Assembly (NCBI GenBank): GCA_013151445.1
Contig: JAADIG010000005.1
Span: forward strand, 30,838 to 94,837
Direction of reading: 5' to 3'
DNA from: Actinomycetota bacterium
Lineage (GTDB): Bacteria; Actinomycetota; Acidimicrobiia; Spongiisociales; UBA5794
DNA length: 64,000 nt
A program made the position numbers and the translations under genes. Under the pieces are notes generated by a model that saw nothing but the letters and a program-made list of their open reading frames with translations, made no database searches and was not told the DNA's origin. This document shows positions 38,322 to 50,226 of the stretch, piece after piece (the stretch's first letter is position 1; every line of letters begins with the position of its first letter).

Positions 38322-39464
38322 ATGGATCCGAACCCCTGGCCACGACGGTACAAAGTCATCGTTCTCGTATCACTGGCCGTCACGGTCCTTGTTCTCGGTA
38401 CCAAGGTTGTGCAGTTCAGCCAGAAAATCGGGACGGACATGTTCAGCCAGCACATCATCGAGGTGAGCTACGACATAGATGTGCTCGGTGTCGGAGGGGG
38501 ACGAATCACGCTGCCACGTACCGCGGCAACGGAGAGGGTTGGGTTGTGGAGCATCGAGTCGGAGTCTGCCCAGGGTCAGGTTGCTGAGATCATTTCGATC
38601 ACTGACTCCGAGGTGGAACGGGTTTTCATGGCGACGGAGGGCGAGTTCTCCGGCGGCGACAAGGTTCGGCTGTTGGGCGACGTCTACTTTGGCGACCCGA
38701 AGGAAGCGCTCAACATCACGTTCGAGACGGTGCGCGCAATCTCGCCCCTTGGTATCAATCCGGCATGGTACGTCGACGGCGACGGAGAGACCTGGGTGAT
38801 CTATGTCCATGGTCGCACCGGAAGTGGCCGCGGCGAGGCCCTGAGGTTCCTGCCCGCACTGAAGGAAGAGCGGCTTCCCGTTCTCGTGATCTCCTATCGA
38901 TCAGATGGTCTGGCACCCGAGGCTCCCGCCGCTTCGGTCGGGTGGGGATACGACGAATGGCTCGATATCAAGGCCGCGGTGCGTTTCGCCGAGTCCGAAG
39001 GGGCCAAGCGTGTGGTTCTTTTCGGTTCGGACCTTGGGGCGAACGCAATCATGACGTACCTGCACGAGGCCGGCGACCTCACACCTGTCGCCGGTGTTGT
39101 CCTTGAGGGCCCCGTGCTCGATGTCCAGGCAACCGTTGACCGTGCTGCCGCGGAGTTCGGTATTCCCGGCATCCTCCGACCGTTCACATCGGGTTTGGTG
39201 CGCGTGCGGTACGGGATCGACTGGCCCGATGTTGATCAGATTGATCGGGCGAGCCAGTTTGATGTCCCAATCTTGCTACTGGCCGGTACCGAAGATCCTC
39301 TCACTCCCATGTCCGCGGTGGAGCAGTTCGCTGCGGCGGTGCCGGACGATCTGGTGACCTTGGTGACGTTCGAGGGCGGTTTGCCGGGGACGTTGTGGAA
39401 CGTGGATCCCGATGTTTACGAGGCCGCGGTGTTGGAGTTCATCACTCGGCTCATTGCGAGCTGA
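38322..39464 (+). CDS. Membrane-anchored alpha/beta hydrolase
   Basis: N-terminal TM 'VIVLVSLAVTVLVLG'. 'WVIYVHGRTGS' and 'VVLFGSDLGANAIM' nucleophile elbow (GxSxG). Confidence 0.6.
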   Translation: MDPNPWPRRYKVIVLVSLAVTVLVLGTKVVQFSQKIGTDMFSQHIIEVSYDIDVLGVGGGRITLPRTAATERVGLWSIESESAQGQVAEIISITDSEVERVFMATEGEFSGGDKVRLLGDVYFGDPKEALNITFETVRAISPLGINPAWYVDGDGETWVIYVHGRTGSGRGEALRFLPALKEERLPVLVISYRSDGLAPEAPAASVGWGYDEWLDIKAAVRFAESEGAKRVVLFGSDLGANAIMTYLHEAGDLTPVAGVVLEGPVLDVQATVDRAAAEFGIPGILRPFTSGLVRVRYGIDWPDVDQIDRASQFDVPILLLAGTEDPLTPMSAVEQFAAAVPDDLVTLVTFEGGLPGTLWNVDPDVYEAAVLEFITRLIAS

Positions 39465-39711
39465 CAGGTCCCGTCCGTAGGGCTGTCTGGACCTGGTCCA
39501 CTGAGGGATTCACCAGTGCGGTATCACCGATCACGACGGTGGGGACGGTTTCGCTGCCGTGTGCAAACGAACGTACTGTCGCTGCCGCATCGGGGTCCTC
39601 CCAGATGTTTACTCGACGGTGGGGTACCCCTGCCTGATCGAGCTGCGCGAAGAGCCTGGCACAAAACCCGCATCCGGGTCGCCAGTACACGATAGGTTCT
39701 TGGGTAGTCAT
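39451..39711 (-). CDS. Mycoredoxin / glutaredoxin-like small thiol-disulfide oxidoreductase
   Basis: 86 aa; 'IVYWRPGCGFCARL' CxxC active site and 'TVPTVVIGD' glutaredoxin-fold motif. Confidence 0.65.
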   Translation of the reverse strand: MTTQEPIVYWRPGCGFCARLFAQLDQAGVPHRRVNIWEDPDAAATVRSFAHGSETVPTVVIGDTALVNPSVDQVQTALRTGPVSSQ

Positions 39712-39763
39712 ACTCGCATCCGATCCGGCAATGCTGGTTGGGAAAGCTGGCAGAATAGCTGCA

Positions 39764-40894
39764 ATGTTGTACCTCGATCATGCTGCGACAACGGTCATGC
39801 GGGCCGAGGTCCGTGACGCCATGGCCCCGTTCCTCGACGACGTCTATGGGAACCCATCGGGCATCCATGGTATTTCACGTCGCGTCAAGAATGCGATTGA
39901 AGAGGCGCGCGAGGAGATTGCGGGGATCCTCGGAGCTACTCGGCCGCTCGAAATCGTGTTTACCGCCGGAGGTACCGAGGCCGACAACCTGGCCGTCGCA
40001 GGGATGGTGTTCGGACCCGATCGTCGATCGAAGACGGTGACCGTCGCAACCGAGCATGAGGCCGTGCTGGAGACCGTCGGTTTTCTCCACCGTCTCGGGC
40101 ACGCGGTGGACATCGTCGGAGTTGACGCGTTGGGCCGGGTTGACCTCGATGGGTTGGTCGGGGTGATCGACACCGATACCGCGGTCGTCTCGGTGATGGC
40201 GGCGAACAACGAAACCGGTGTCATCCATCCGATCGCGGCGATCTCGGAGATCGCACATGCCGCTGGTGCTGTCATGCACACCGACGCGGTGCAGGCGTTC
40301 ATCTCTGAGGAGATCACCGTTGCCGCGACCGGTGCGGACCTGATCTCCCTTGCTGCACACAAGTTTGGCGGGCCGATGGGAGTCGGTCTGTTGTACGTGA
40401 GGAACGGCGTGGTCCTGGAGCCGGTCCTACACGGTGGCGGCCAGGAACTTGGGCGCCGTTCCGGAACCCTGAACGCGGCTGGGATCGTCGGTCTGGCGAC
40501 CGCCATGCGATCGACGGTCGATGATCGGGAGAACTTCCGGCACCGGGTTGGGGATGCCCGCGACGCGTTTGAGGATGTTCTTATCGAGGCCTTCCCCGAC
40601 ATTCGGCGTAACGCCCCAACGGACACGAGGCTCGTGCAGCACGCCCACCTCAGAATTCCTGGTGTTCGTGCGGAGACACTACTCATCCGGCTCGACCAGA
40701 ACGGTCTTGCCGCGGCTGCCGGTTCGGCGTGCCAGTCGGGGGCTCTTGACATGTCGCATGTTCTCCAGGCGATGGGGATGGCCGGAGCAGAAGCGGACGA
40801 GTGTGTGCGATTCACCTTCGGATGGGTGAACTCGAAGGCTGACGGTTTGGAGGCTGCCCGTCGGGTTATCGAGACGGTTCGAGGGCTGCAATGA
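39764..40894 (+). CDS. iscS: Cysteine desulfurase (class V aminotransferase, IscS/NifS-like)
   Basis: 'LYLDHAATT', PLP-Lys region 'SLAAHKFGGPMGVG' and 'SACQSGALD' active-site Cys loop. Start set at the ATG of 'MLYLDHAATT'. Confidence 0.9.
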   Translation: MLYLDHAATTVMRAEVRDAMAPFLDDVYGNPSGIHGISRRVKNAIEEAREEIAGILGATRPLEIVFTAGGTEADNLAVAGMVFGPDRRSKTVTVATEHEAVLETVGFLHRLGHAVDIVGVDALGRVDLDGLVGVIDTDTAVVSVMAANNETGVIHPIAAISEIAHAAGAVMHTDAVQAFISEEITVAATGADLISLAAHKFGGPMGVGLLYVRNGVVLEPVLHGGGQELGRRSGTLNAAGIVGLATAMRSTVDDRENFRHRVGDARDAFEDVLIEAFPDIRRNAPTDTRLVQHAHLRIPGVRAETLLIRLDQNGLAAAAGSACQSGALDMSHVLQAMGMAGAEADECVRFTFGWVNSKADGLEAARRVIETVRGLQ

Positions 40895-41961
40895 AGGCCC
40901 TTGTTGCGATGTCCGGTGGAGTCGATTCGTCGGTTGCCGCGGCACTGATGCTCGAGGCGGGTTATGACGTCATCGGTGTGACCCTCAAACAATGGGAGGG
41001 TGCCGATGGTGAAATGCCGACAGCGGGATGCTGCACCGTTGGTGACGCCGAAGACGCTCGGCGTGCCGCCGCACAGCTCGATATCCCGTATTACGTACTC
41101 GACTATGTGGATGAGTTCACCGAAAAGGTTGTGCGTCGGTTCGGCGAAATCTATATGCAGGGCCGGACGCCGAACCCCTGTATCGAGTGCAACCGAACGG
41201 TACGTTTCCATGCTCTTCTGGACCGGACGACGGAGCTTGGCTGTGACATTCTTGTCACCGGTCATCACGCCCGGGTAACCCATGACGCCGACGGGTATCA
41301 CTTGCGTCGGGGACATGACGATGGCAAGGACCAGAGTTATGTTCTACATATGCTCGGCCAGGACGAATTGTCCCGGATCCAACTCCCGATCGGGGAGATC
41401 ACAAAAACCGAAGTTCGGGATCGGGCGCGTCGTCTTGGACTCAGAACCGCCGACAAACCGGACAGTCAGGACCTGTGTTTCGTCGGAGATGGGGACTACC
41501 GCAGCTTTTTGAGAGAATATTTCCCCGAGACCGTAATCCCGGGAAAAGTTGTGACCACCGAGGGAGAGGTCGTCGCAGACCATGCCGGTACGATCGATTT
41601 CACGATAGGTCAGCGTAAGGGACTTGGTGTTGCCGTCGGAGAGCCTCGCTACGTCGTGGACATTGAACCGCAAACCGCGGTCGTCACTATCGGCCGCAGG
41701 GAGGATCTTCTCGCCGGGGGCTGTCTGGTTGAGGAACTGACCTTCGTCTCCGGGAGTCCACCGACCGACGCCGCGGTTGCAGTGAAGATCCGCTATCGGT
41801 CGAACCCGATTGATGCCACCCTTGAACTCTCAGGAGACCAGTCTGTACTACGGTTCGCATCGCCCCAGATCGGGGTCGCTCCCGGGCAGGCAGCGGTGCT
41901 CTACAGGGACGATGAAGTACTTGGCGGTGGGACGATTTCCGCAGCGATTCCGTGTCTATAG
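40891..41961 (+). CDS. mnmA: tRNA-specific 2-thiouridylase MnmA/TrmU
   Basis: PP-loop 'VAMSGGVDSSVAA' and 'CCTVGDAEDARRAAAQLDIPYYVLD'. 4-nt overlap with iscS. Confidence 0.9.
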   Translation: MKALVAMSGGVDSSVAAALMLEAGYDVIGVTLKQWEGADGEMPTAGCCTVGDAEDARRAAAQLDIPYYVLDYVDEFTEKVVRRFGEIYMQGRTPNPCIECNRTVRFHALLDRTTELGCDILVTGHHARVTHDADGYHLRRGHDDGKDQSYVLHMLGQDELSRIQLPIGEITKTEVRDRARRLGLRTADKPDSQDLCFVGDGDYRSFLREYFPETVIPGKVVTTEGEVVADHAGTIDFTIGQRKGLGVAVGEPRYVVDIEPQTAVVTIGRREDLLAGGCLVEELTFVSGSPPTDAAVAVKIRYRSNPIDATLELSGDQSVLRFASPQIGVAPGQAAVLYRDDEVLGGGTISAAIPCL

Positions 41962-42887
41962 AAGTCACCGGGGTGGGGTCGCTGCCGCACACCGACATTG
42001 TCGATGCCGGCACCTTCGTGAGGTCCACCACGACGGTGCCGTATGTGCCACAGCTTCCCAATCGGCACACGTCCGAGGGCATGTTGGTGCAGTGGGGCGA
42101 CGGTCTCGTCGGTTGCGGTGCGGCCGGGGCCTATGCACTGTCATACGGTGAGCCGCCCGGAGACCGCGACGAAGCAACTCTCACTGCGCGGGAGTTTCTT
42201 GTGACAACCGAGGCGCCGGTCATCAAGACGCAGGCGACCGGGCCGATCACGCTCGGATTGGCCATGCTTGCGGGTGGTGTTGACTCGACGACACTGTGGG
42301 ACGCTCTGGTTCCGAGTCTGATCGGCCGCATCGATGAGCACATCGCGTTGATTCGTGCACTCGCCCCCAACGCGGCGATTGTTCTCATTCTCGACGAACC
42401 TTCGCTGATTGCGTGGGGGTCCGAGCGGGGTGCGGATGCCGATCTTGGTTTGGTACGCGATGTGCTGGGTGCGGTGATGGACGGTGTCTCCATCCGCCCC
42501 GGGATTCACTGCTGTGGCGATCCGGATTGGGGGCTCATCGCGGAGTTGGAACCGCGATGGTTCTCGTGGGATATCGCGGCGCTTGGAGTCGGTTTTTCCG
42601 ACCGTGTGGAACAGGTTGCCGCCGCGATTGCCGGGGGTAGTCGTGTGATGTGGGGGGTCACCCCAACCGTTCTGATGCCCATGCCAAGCCTTGATGCCAT
42701 GCTCGGCCGATATCGGCTTGCAATGGCACGCCTCGTCGTGGAGGGCGCCCCACTGGGGCCGATGCATGACAATGCCTGGTACACCCCTGCGTGTGGCCTT
42801 GCGGGTGGCACGATCGGAAACGCCGAGCATGTCATGGAGCTCGTCAACCAGGTCGTCGACGAAATCCATCACGCCGACGTGCTGTAG
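41952..42887 (+). CDS. Cobalamin-independent methionine-synthase (MetE C-terminal/UroD-like) domain protein, stand-alone
   Basis: ~310 aa with the (βα)8-barrel pattern of MetE-like proteins ('LILDEPSL', 'GIHCCGD'). Overlaps the mnmA 3' end by 10 nt. I recall a comparable hypothetical gene beside ligA in mycobacteria. Confidence 0.5.
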   Translation: MSIEVTGVGSLPHTDIVDAGTFVRSTTTVPYVPQLPNRHTSEGMLVQWGDGLVGCGAAGAYALSYGEPPGDRDEATLTAREFLVTTEAPVIKTQATGPITLGLAMLAGGVDSTTLWDALVPSLIGRIDEHIALIRALAPNAAIVLILDEPSLIAWGSERGADADLGLVRDVLGAVMDGVSIRPGIHCCGDPDWGLIAELEPRWFSWDIAALGVGFSDRVEQVAAAIAGGSRVMWGVTPTVLMPMPSLDAMLGRYRLAMARLVVEGAPLGPMHDNAWYTPACGLAGGTIGNAEHVMELVNQVVDEIHHADVL

Positions 42888-43045
42888 CTTGATGGGGTGG
42901 TCACAACACGTCAGGGCGGCGACCCCGGGGCGTCATGCCGGGGTACGCGCAGCCCGAACGTTTCGTACCGGCGTGAGCCTCGGTATTGGTTAGCGGTATT
43001 CGATTTCCTGGGAACAATCCCGAAGTGATGGGTGTAGTTGATGGT

Positions 43046-44212
43046 ATGAAACGTTTTCGTCTTGCCGGTGTTGTTGTCGTATTTGTCGTGATCGTTGCTG
43101 CCTGTACGACCGAGACGAAGGATGCGCCGCTTGTGCTCCTGGATAAGGAGGGCGCTGTCGCAATCGTTGCCCCCGATGGTGAGGAGGTCGGGCGTTTTGA
43201 GCCGCAGGATGGGGCGCAGTACTTCCAACCCATCTGGGCTTCTGCGGACACGGTCGTTCGGGCGCAGATCGCCCCCGGGGATAACCGCCTGATCGCGACC
43301 CGGGTCGGTGGGGAAGAGGTCTGGAGTATTCAGTTTGCTACCGCACCCTTCTTCTACCTTGCGTCACCCGACCCCGCGATAACCACGGTCGTTTCGCTGC
43401 GCAACAACGATCAAGCCGCCGGACTTATTGCCGAAGTGGTCGACGGCTCCCTACCGGTAGAGGTCGTCGGCGAGGAAGCACCGTTCTACATGACGTGGGC
43501 ACCCGATGGTGCCGGGTTGGCGACCCACGCCGGGGGCAGCCGGCTGGATGTTCGTACCACTACGACCGAAACGATTGGCGACCCCACCGGGGGGTTCCAG
43601 GCACCGGTGTGGCTCAACGATGGTCTCGTCACCCTTCGTACCGAGGGTGTTCGCACGTTCCTCGCCGTCTGGGACGGTGAGTCCTTCACCGATGTTGCCA
43701 GGGTCCGTGGTTCGGCACGCTTTGTGGGCGCCGGTCATCGGGTTGCAATTCAATCGACCGTTGTCGGAAACGAGAATGGAATCGCCGCTGGCGCACATGT
43801 CATTCCCGCAGTGCGCCCCGGACCTTTGAGCGTTGTTGACCTTGAGGACGGTTCGGTCACGGTGATAGTGTCGGAGCCGATTCCGGTGTTTCAATGGGAC
43901 TCGACCGGTACCCGGCTGTTGTACCTGACGCTGGTCGACAGCCCCGATCCGTCCGTTGCGTGGCGGGTGTGGGAGGACGGAGAAATCACCGAGTTCGAGC
44001 CGTTCAGTCCGGAGTTGTCATGGCTTCAGGTATTCGGTCCGTTTGCGGACCAGTACGCACAGTCTGTGTCGCTGTGGTCCCCGGACGGATCGGCATTCGC
44101 CTATCCGGCAGCCGTTGATGGCGCTTCCCGGATCCTTGTTCAAGACATTGGTGAAGAGCTACCCCGTGACATAGCTGCTGGTGTGTGGGTTGCCTGGGCA
44201 CCCGGGGAGTGA
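43046..44212 (+). CDS. Lipoprotein with TolB-like β-propeller repeats
   Basis: Signal peptide/lipobox 'VVVFVVIVAAC'. Repeated 'W(A/S)PDG(S/A)...' β-propeller blades. Confidence 0.5.
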   Translation: MKRFRLAGVVVVFVVIVAACTTETKDAPLVLLDKEGAVAIVAPDGEEVGRFEPQDGAQYFQPIWASADTVVRAQIAPGDNRLIATRVGGEEVWSIQFATAPFFYLASPDPAITTVVSLRNNDQAAGLIAEVVDGSLPVEVVGEEAPFYMTWAPDGAGLATHAGGSRLDVRTTTTETIGDPTGGFQAPVWLNDGLVTLRTEGVRTFLAVWDGESFTDVARVRGSARFVGAGHRVAIQSTVVGNENGIAAGAHVIPAVRPGPLSVVDLEDGSVTVIVSEPIPVFQWDSTGTRLLYLTLVDSPDPSVAWRVWEDGEITEFEPFSPELSWLQVFGPFADQYAQSVSLWSPDGSAFAYPAAVDGASRILVQDIGEELPRDIAAGVWVAWAPGE

Positions 44213-44262
44213 GCCGATCCAGGCTGGCGCAATCCGTGGGTGATGTCGCATCCTTGTTGTAG

Positions 44263-46311
<2,049 letters not shown>

Positions 46312-46313
46312 CC

Positions 46314-46328
46314 CGGCGAGTGTCGCCG
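46314..46328. terminator. Short hairpin between convergent ligA and RDD gene
   Basis: CGGCGA-gtg-TCGCCG, 3 nt after the ligA stop. Confidence 0.2.
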
Positions 46329-46332
46329 CCGA

Positions 46333-47160
46333 TCAACCCGGAATCTCATTCGATTCGTGATGAGCCAGTGGGCTGGGTCTTCCCCGGCGACGCTCGGAGC
46401 GTATCCCCCGTGATCGCTCGCTGGCGACGATCGCGGCAACGATGAGGTCATCACCTTTAACGCGGCGATGTTCCGTGAGCGCCGGTTGCAACAGTTCCGT
46501 GAGTTGACTCCGAACCGTGTTTCGAGCCGCCGAACTCAGCGTTGTTCGTCGGTTCACATACTCCTTTGCCACCCGGTAGCTGGCATCGGTCACCAGGGCC
46601 GAGTCGACGTGGCGCACGAGGCGCATCGCTCCCGACGTGACGATCGGGCGTTGGGGGCGCGGGAGCCGGACGACGACCGTACCCGCAACCGTGTCGCCGA
46701 GCCGTTGGTTCAGCGGTGACATCAGCATGGCCCAGAGGCCGATCGGCGGAAACATGTCGAGGAACCGCATGAGCGTACGGATCGTCGTTGCTTGTACCGT
46801 CGGGGGGCGCGCCTCCAGGGAAATTACTTGGAGGCTGCACAGCTTGCGACCGGGGGTCTGGCCCTCACGTTTGATGTCGAAGTACGCCCAGTAGCCGAAC
46901 AGAATGGCGATCGCGACCGAAGAAAGAACGACCAGCACGACGGTGCTGCCCCCACCAACAAAGAGTATCGACGCGAGCACGGCGAACACTGCGACCTCTA
47001 TCAGGTAGACCAGGCCGAGGTCGATCAAGGCAGCAATGAGCCGCGAGCCGACGCCCGCGATCTGGAGCGGGAACGTGAAGCCTTCGGGTGTCGTAACCGA
47101 GTGTGTAGTGTGCAACATGTGTCCGGGCCAACAGTACCTCCAACCATCACTGAAAACCAC
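46333..47160 (-). CDS. RDD-family membrane protein (start 47160 or internal ATG 47118)
   Basis: 'IAGVGSRLIAALIDLGLVYLI' and 'GQTPGRKLCSLQVI' are RDD (PF06271) hallmarks. C-terminal cytoplasmic tail. Confidence 0.6.
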   Translation of the reverse strand: MVFSDGWRYCWPGHMLHTTHSVTTPEGFTFPLQIAGVGSRLIAALIDLGLVYLIEVAVFAVLASILFVGGGSTVVLVVLSSVAIAILFGYWAYFDIKREGQTPGRKLCSLQVISLEARPPTVQATTIRTLMRFLDMFPPIGLWAMLMSPLNQRLGDTVAGTVVVRLPRPQRPIVTSGAMRLVRHVDSALVTDASYRVAKEYVNRRTTLSSAARNTVRSQLTELLQPALTEHRRVKGDDLIVAAIVASERSRGIRSERRRGRPSPLAHHESNEIPG

Positions 47161-48102
47161 GACAGTGTCGAGCGTGAGCTCATTGGTCGAGTCGAACGGG
47201 TCAAGGCGTCGCGCAAAGACAGCTTTGACAACGCCATCGAGATTGGCCGCCTCTACCGGGGCGTAACCGCCGAAGCCGCTGCGCTCGCGGATCCCAATTC
47301 GGGGGACTCCGACCGGCTCCGATCTGCCATCACCGAGGGTTACCGTTATGTGTACGGCGCACAGCCGTTCACCGACGGGTTCAAGACGTTTTTCGGGTCG
47401 ACGTTCTGGCTCGCCATTGCACGTCGGCGAAAGTTGATCAAATGGATCATGATCGCGCTCTTCGTATTTGCGGGACTCGGGGCCTTGTGGGCGGCTCTCG
47501 ACCCGAGCGCCGCAGCGACGCTCGTACCCGATATCTTCGGAAGCGCTCTCGACCCGGGTTCGACAGGAACGGCCACGCAGATGTCACCGGGTGAGCAAGT
47601 GCAGTTCGCACAGGAGCTGTTTGTCAACAATTTCCGGGTGACGTTGATGGCGTTTGTCGCGGGGATCGCTTTCGGTTTGCCATCGATATATCTGCTGGCG
47701 TACAACTCGGTGCTGCTCGGTGTGGTTGGCCAGCTCCTCGTGGCGCAGGGCGACGGAGCCTTCTTTCTCGAACTTGTTGCTGGCCACGGCCCCATCGAAC
47801 TCACGTCGATCGCGTTGGGAGTCGCCGCTGGATTTGCGATGGGTTGGGCACTCGTCGATCCCGGACTCAGGTCACGCGGTCAGGCTCTGCGTGAGGAGGC
47901 TTCGTATGCCATCGTGATAGCCGTTGGCACTGCACCGTGGTTGTTGCTCGCCGCAGTGATCGAGTCGTTTGTGTCACGAGTCGGACTATCTGCGGCACCG
48001 GTTGTGGCCGTCGGGTTGACGACCGTGGTCATCTTTTGGCGGCTGGTGTGGACCCGCGGGATCATACCCTTGCGCGATCTTTCAGATCTAAGTAGTGCTT
48101 GA
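47119..48102 (+). CDS. SpoIIM-like / DUF95 polytopic membrane protein (start uncertain)
   Basis: Cytoplasmic N-domain then 6 TM helices ('FRVTLMAFVAGIAFGLPSIYLLAYNSVLLGVVG'), typical of 'stage II sporulation protein M'-annotated actinobacterial proteins. The ORF-track start at 46792 overlaps the RDD gene; the GTG at 47119 was chosen instead. Confidence 0.5.
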   Translation: MSGPTVPPTITENHDSVERELIGRVERVKASRKDSFDNAIEIGRLYRGVTAEAAALADPNSGDSDRLRSAITEGYRYVYGAQPFTDGFKTFFGSTFWLAIARRRKLIKWIMIALFVFAGLGALWAALDPSAAATLVPDIFGSALDPGSTGTATQMSPGEQVQFAQELFVNNFRVTLMAFVAGIAFGLPSIYLLAYNSVLLGVVGQLLVAQGDGAFFLELVAGHGPIELTSIALGVAAGFAMGWALVDPGLRSRGQALREEASYAIVIAVGTAPWLLLAAVIESFVSRVGLSAAPVVAVGLTTVVIFWRLVWTRGIIPLRDLSDLSSA

Positions 48103-49300
48103 CACACGCGATCGGTAGGTCCGCGGCACGCAGCACAATCGGTTGGGCACCAAGATTCTTGAGCTGGTCAACGACTTCGAGCTGTTGGTTGAGTGCTTCG
48201 TGGGCAGCGACGCTGACGAACGCATCGAAGGTTGTCTCGGGATCGGTCAGCGTTGCATCCTCCAGCTCCGGGTCTATGGAAGACACGACGGCAACAGAGT
48301 GATGTCGAGCGAGAAGGGGCACCGCCCTCAGCAGAGCTTGTGAGGCGGCGGCGTCGAGGAGATCGGTGAAGATCAGCACAAAGGACCGCTTGGCTCTGAT
48401 TGCGATTTGGAGGGGTTCGTCGAACCGAGTGTTGTTGGTTGTGGGTTCGAGAGCGTGCAGTCCGCGCATCAGGGCCTCGCCACCGCGGCGACGGGGTGCG
48501 AGATGGTGGGTTAGCGACCGATCGAACGTCATGAATCCAACACGATCGCCAATGGTATCGGCGACATAGCCGACGGCGACTGCCGCGTCGATAGCGGCAT
48601 CCAGACGGGTCTTGCCACCGAGGTCGCCGCCCATCAGTCTGCCCTGGTCGATGAGACACAGTACGTTGCGGTCCTGTTCGAAGTTGAAGACGTTCGTCAT
48701 TGGCTGACCGGTGCGCAGCATGGCGCGCCAATTGATGTGGCGAAAGTCGTCGCCCGGCACGTATTCGCGAACCGAGTCGAAGGCGGTTCCGAGCCCGATG
48801 CGGCGGGTAACCCGCTCTCCTTGGCGCAGCGAGCCTCTCGCTACGGCATGCGCAATCCGACGTGCGGTGATGACGTCCGGGAATACGGTGATCGTCACTG
48901 CGGCCCGTGGCTGGTGGGTCCACGCACCCAGGCCCCAGCGTCCGAATGAACGCACAACAACCGACGGAAGTCGATGTGCGCCCCGTCGGGTCGCTACGAG
49001 CGTGAACGTGGTTGCTGAGGTAGGTCCCTGTGGGCGAACCGTAATGTCCGGAGTGCCGGGCTGGCGGAGCTGAAAGCGGTGCTGCGTCGCGACCGTGTAT
49101 TCGACCTTCGCTTCATACCCCCGGGCGAGGTGCTGCGGGATCTCCCCCGTGATGAGCGGGGGGTTGCGTACCTCGAGAGCGTCGACGACCGTGAGGGTTA
49201 TGACGAGGAGAACGGCGATACTCCCTGCGATCCCACCGAACGGGATCGCGAGGAGTGCGGCGCCAGCGGTCGCCAATGCGGATCGGGCTGTGGGCATCAC
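48062..49300 (-). CDS. DUF58-domain protein (vWA-like partner of MoxR ATPase)
   Basis: Two N-terminal TM helices, then a DUF58 core ('YVPGDDFRHINWRAMLRTGQPMTNVF', 'LIFTDLLDAAAS'). Start overlaps the moxR stop. Confidence 0.65.
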   Translation of the reverse strand: MMPTARSALATAGAALLAIPFGGIAGSIAVLLVITLTVVDALEVRNPPLITGEIPQHLARGYEAKVEYTVATQHRFQLRQPGTPDITVRPQGPTSATTFTLVATRRGAHRLPSVVVRSFGRWGLGAWTHQPRAAVTITVFPDVITARRIAHAVARGSLRQGERVTRRIGLGTAFDSVREYVPGDDFRHINWRAMLRTGQPMTNVFNFEQDRNVLCLIDQGRLMGGDLGGKTRLDAAIDAAVAVGYVADTIGDRVGFMTFDRSLTHHLAPRRRGGEALMRGLHALEPTTNNTRFDEPLQIAIRAKRSFVLIFTDLLDAAASQALLRAVPLLARHHSVAVVSSIDPELEDATLTDPETTFDAFVSVAAHEALNQQLEVVDQLKNLGAQPIVLRAADLPIACVKHYLDLKDRARV

Positions 49301-50226
49301 TTTGGGACGGGGACCTTGTCGAGGGTTTCGCTCACCGCGCTTGTCGCGCTGTATCGGTCTAGCTCGGCTTCGGGTCTGATAATTATTCGATGCGCGAGCA
49401 CGATGTTCGCCACGGCCTTGACGTCGTCGGGTGTCACGAAGTCCCGCCCGATTAGGCGTGCCGCGGCCTTGGCCGCCGCCAGCAGGTGGACGCCGGCACG
49501 CGGTGAGGCCCCGACCTCGACGTTTGCTAGCTGGCGAGAGAACCGCACGACCGACGCGACGTATTCGATCACCTCCGGCGAGACCCTGGTGTTTGCTACT
49601 GACGTGCGCATCGATGCGATGTCTTGCGAGGTCGCGACCGCCTTGACGTGGGAAACGGACGTGTCCTTCACGCCGCTGCGTGGCAGCGCGAGTAGGGCGC
49701 GCTCAGCTTCTTCGGACGGGTACGAAAGGACGAGCTTGAAGAGGAACCGATCAAGCTGTGCTTCGGGCAGGGGATAGGTGCCCTCGTACTCGATCGGGTT
49801 CTGTGTCGCTACTACGAGGAACGGATCGGGTAGCGGATGGCGTACACCGTCGACGGTGACATGCCCCTCCTGCATGCCTTCCAAGAGTGCACTCTGGGTC
49901 TTTGGGGGAGTTCGGTTGATCTCGTCGGCGAGTACAGCGTTGTGGAAAATCGGGCCCTTTCGGAACGAAAGCTTGGCACCGTCGAGTGCCAAGGTCCCGG
50001 TGATATCCGACGGCAACATGTCGGGGGTGAATTGGATTCGTCCAAAATCGAGTCCCAATGCTGCTGCGACGGTGCGGGCAACAAGTGTCTTCGCTACGCC
50101 CGGCGGTCCCTCGATGAGTACATGGCCTTCGACGCTCAGCGCCATCAGCAAGATATCGACCGTCGCCGACGCCTCGACAACGACCTGCTCAACTGCTTCG
50201 ATGACACGGGTACGTAGTTGGTTCAT
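49297..50226 (-). CDS. moxR: MoxR-family AAA+ ATPase
   Basis: Walker A 'GPPGVAKTLVARTVA', Walker B 'VLADEINRTPPKTQSALLEGMQE' and 'FLVVATQNPIEYEGTYPLPEAQLDRF' are diagnostic of the MoxR (MRP subfamily) ATPases. Confidence 0.9.
   Translation of the reverse strand: MNQLRTRVIEAVEQVVVEASATVDILLMALSVEGHVLIEGPPGVAKTLVARTVAAALGLDFGRIQFTPDMLPSDITGTLALDGAKLSFRKGPIFHNAVLADEINRTPPKTQSALLEGMQEGHVTVDGVRHPLPDPFLVVATQNPIEYEGTYPLPEAQLDRFLFKLVLSYPSEEAERALLALPRSGVKDTSVSHVKAVATSQDIASMRTSVANTRVSPEVIEYVASVVRFSRQLANVEVGASPRAGVHLLAAAKAAARLIGRDFVTPDDVKAVANIVLAHRIIIRPEAELDRYSATSAVSETLDKVPVPK

Noticed and set aside
39844-41316. 490-aa minus-strand ORF antisense to iscS/mnmA
   Set aside because: Covers two well-supported + strand genes. 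Composition biased (Ala/Arg/Ser/Pro). No recognisable family.
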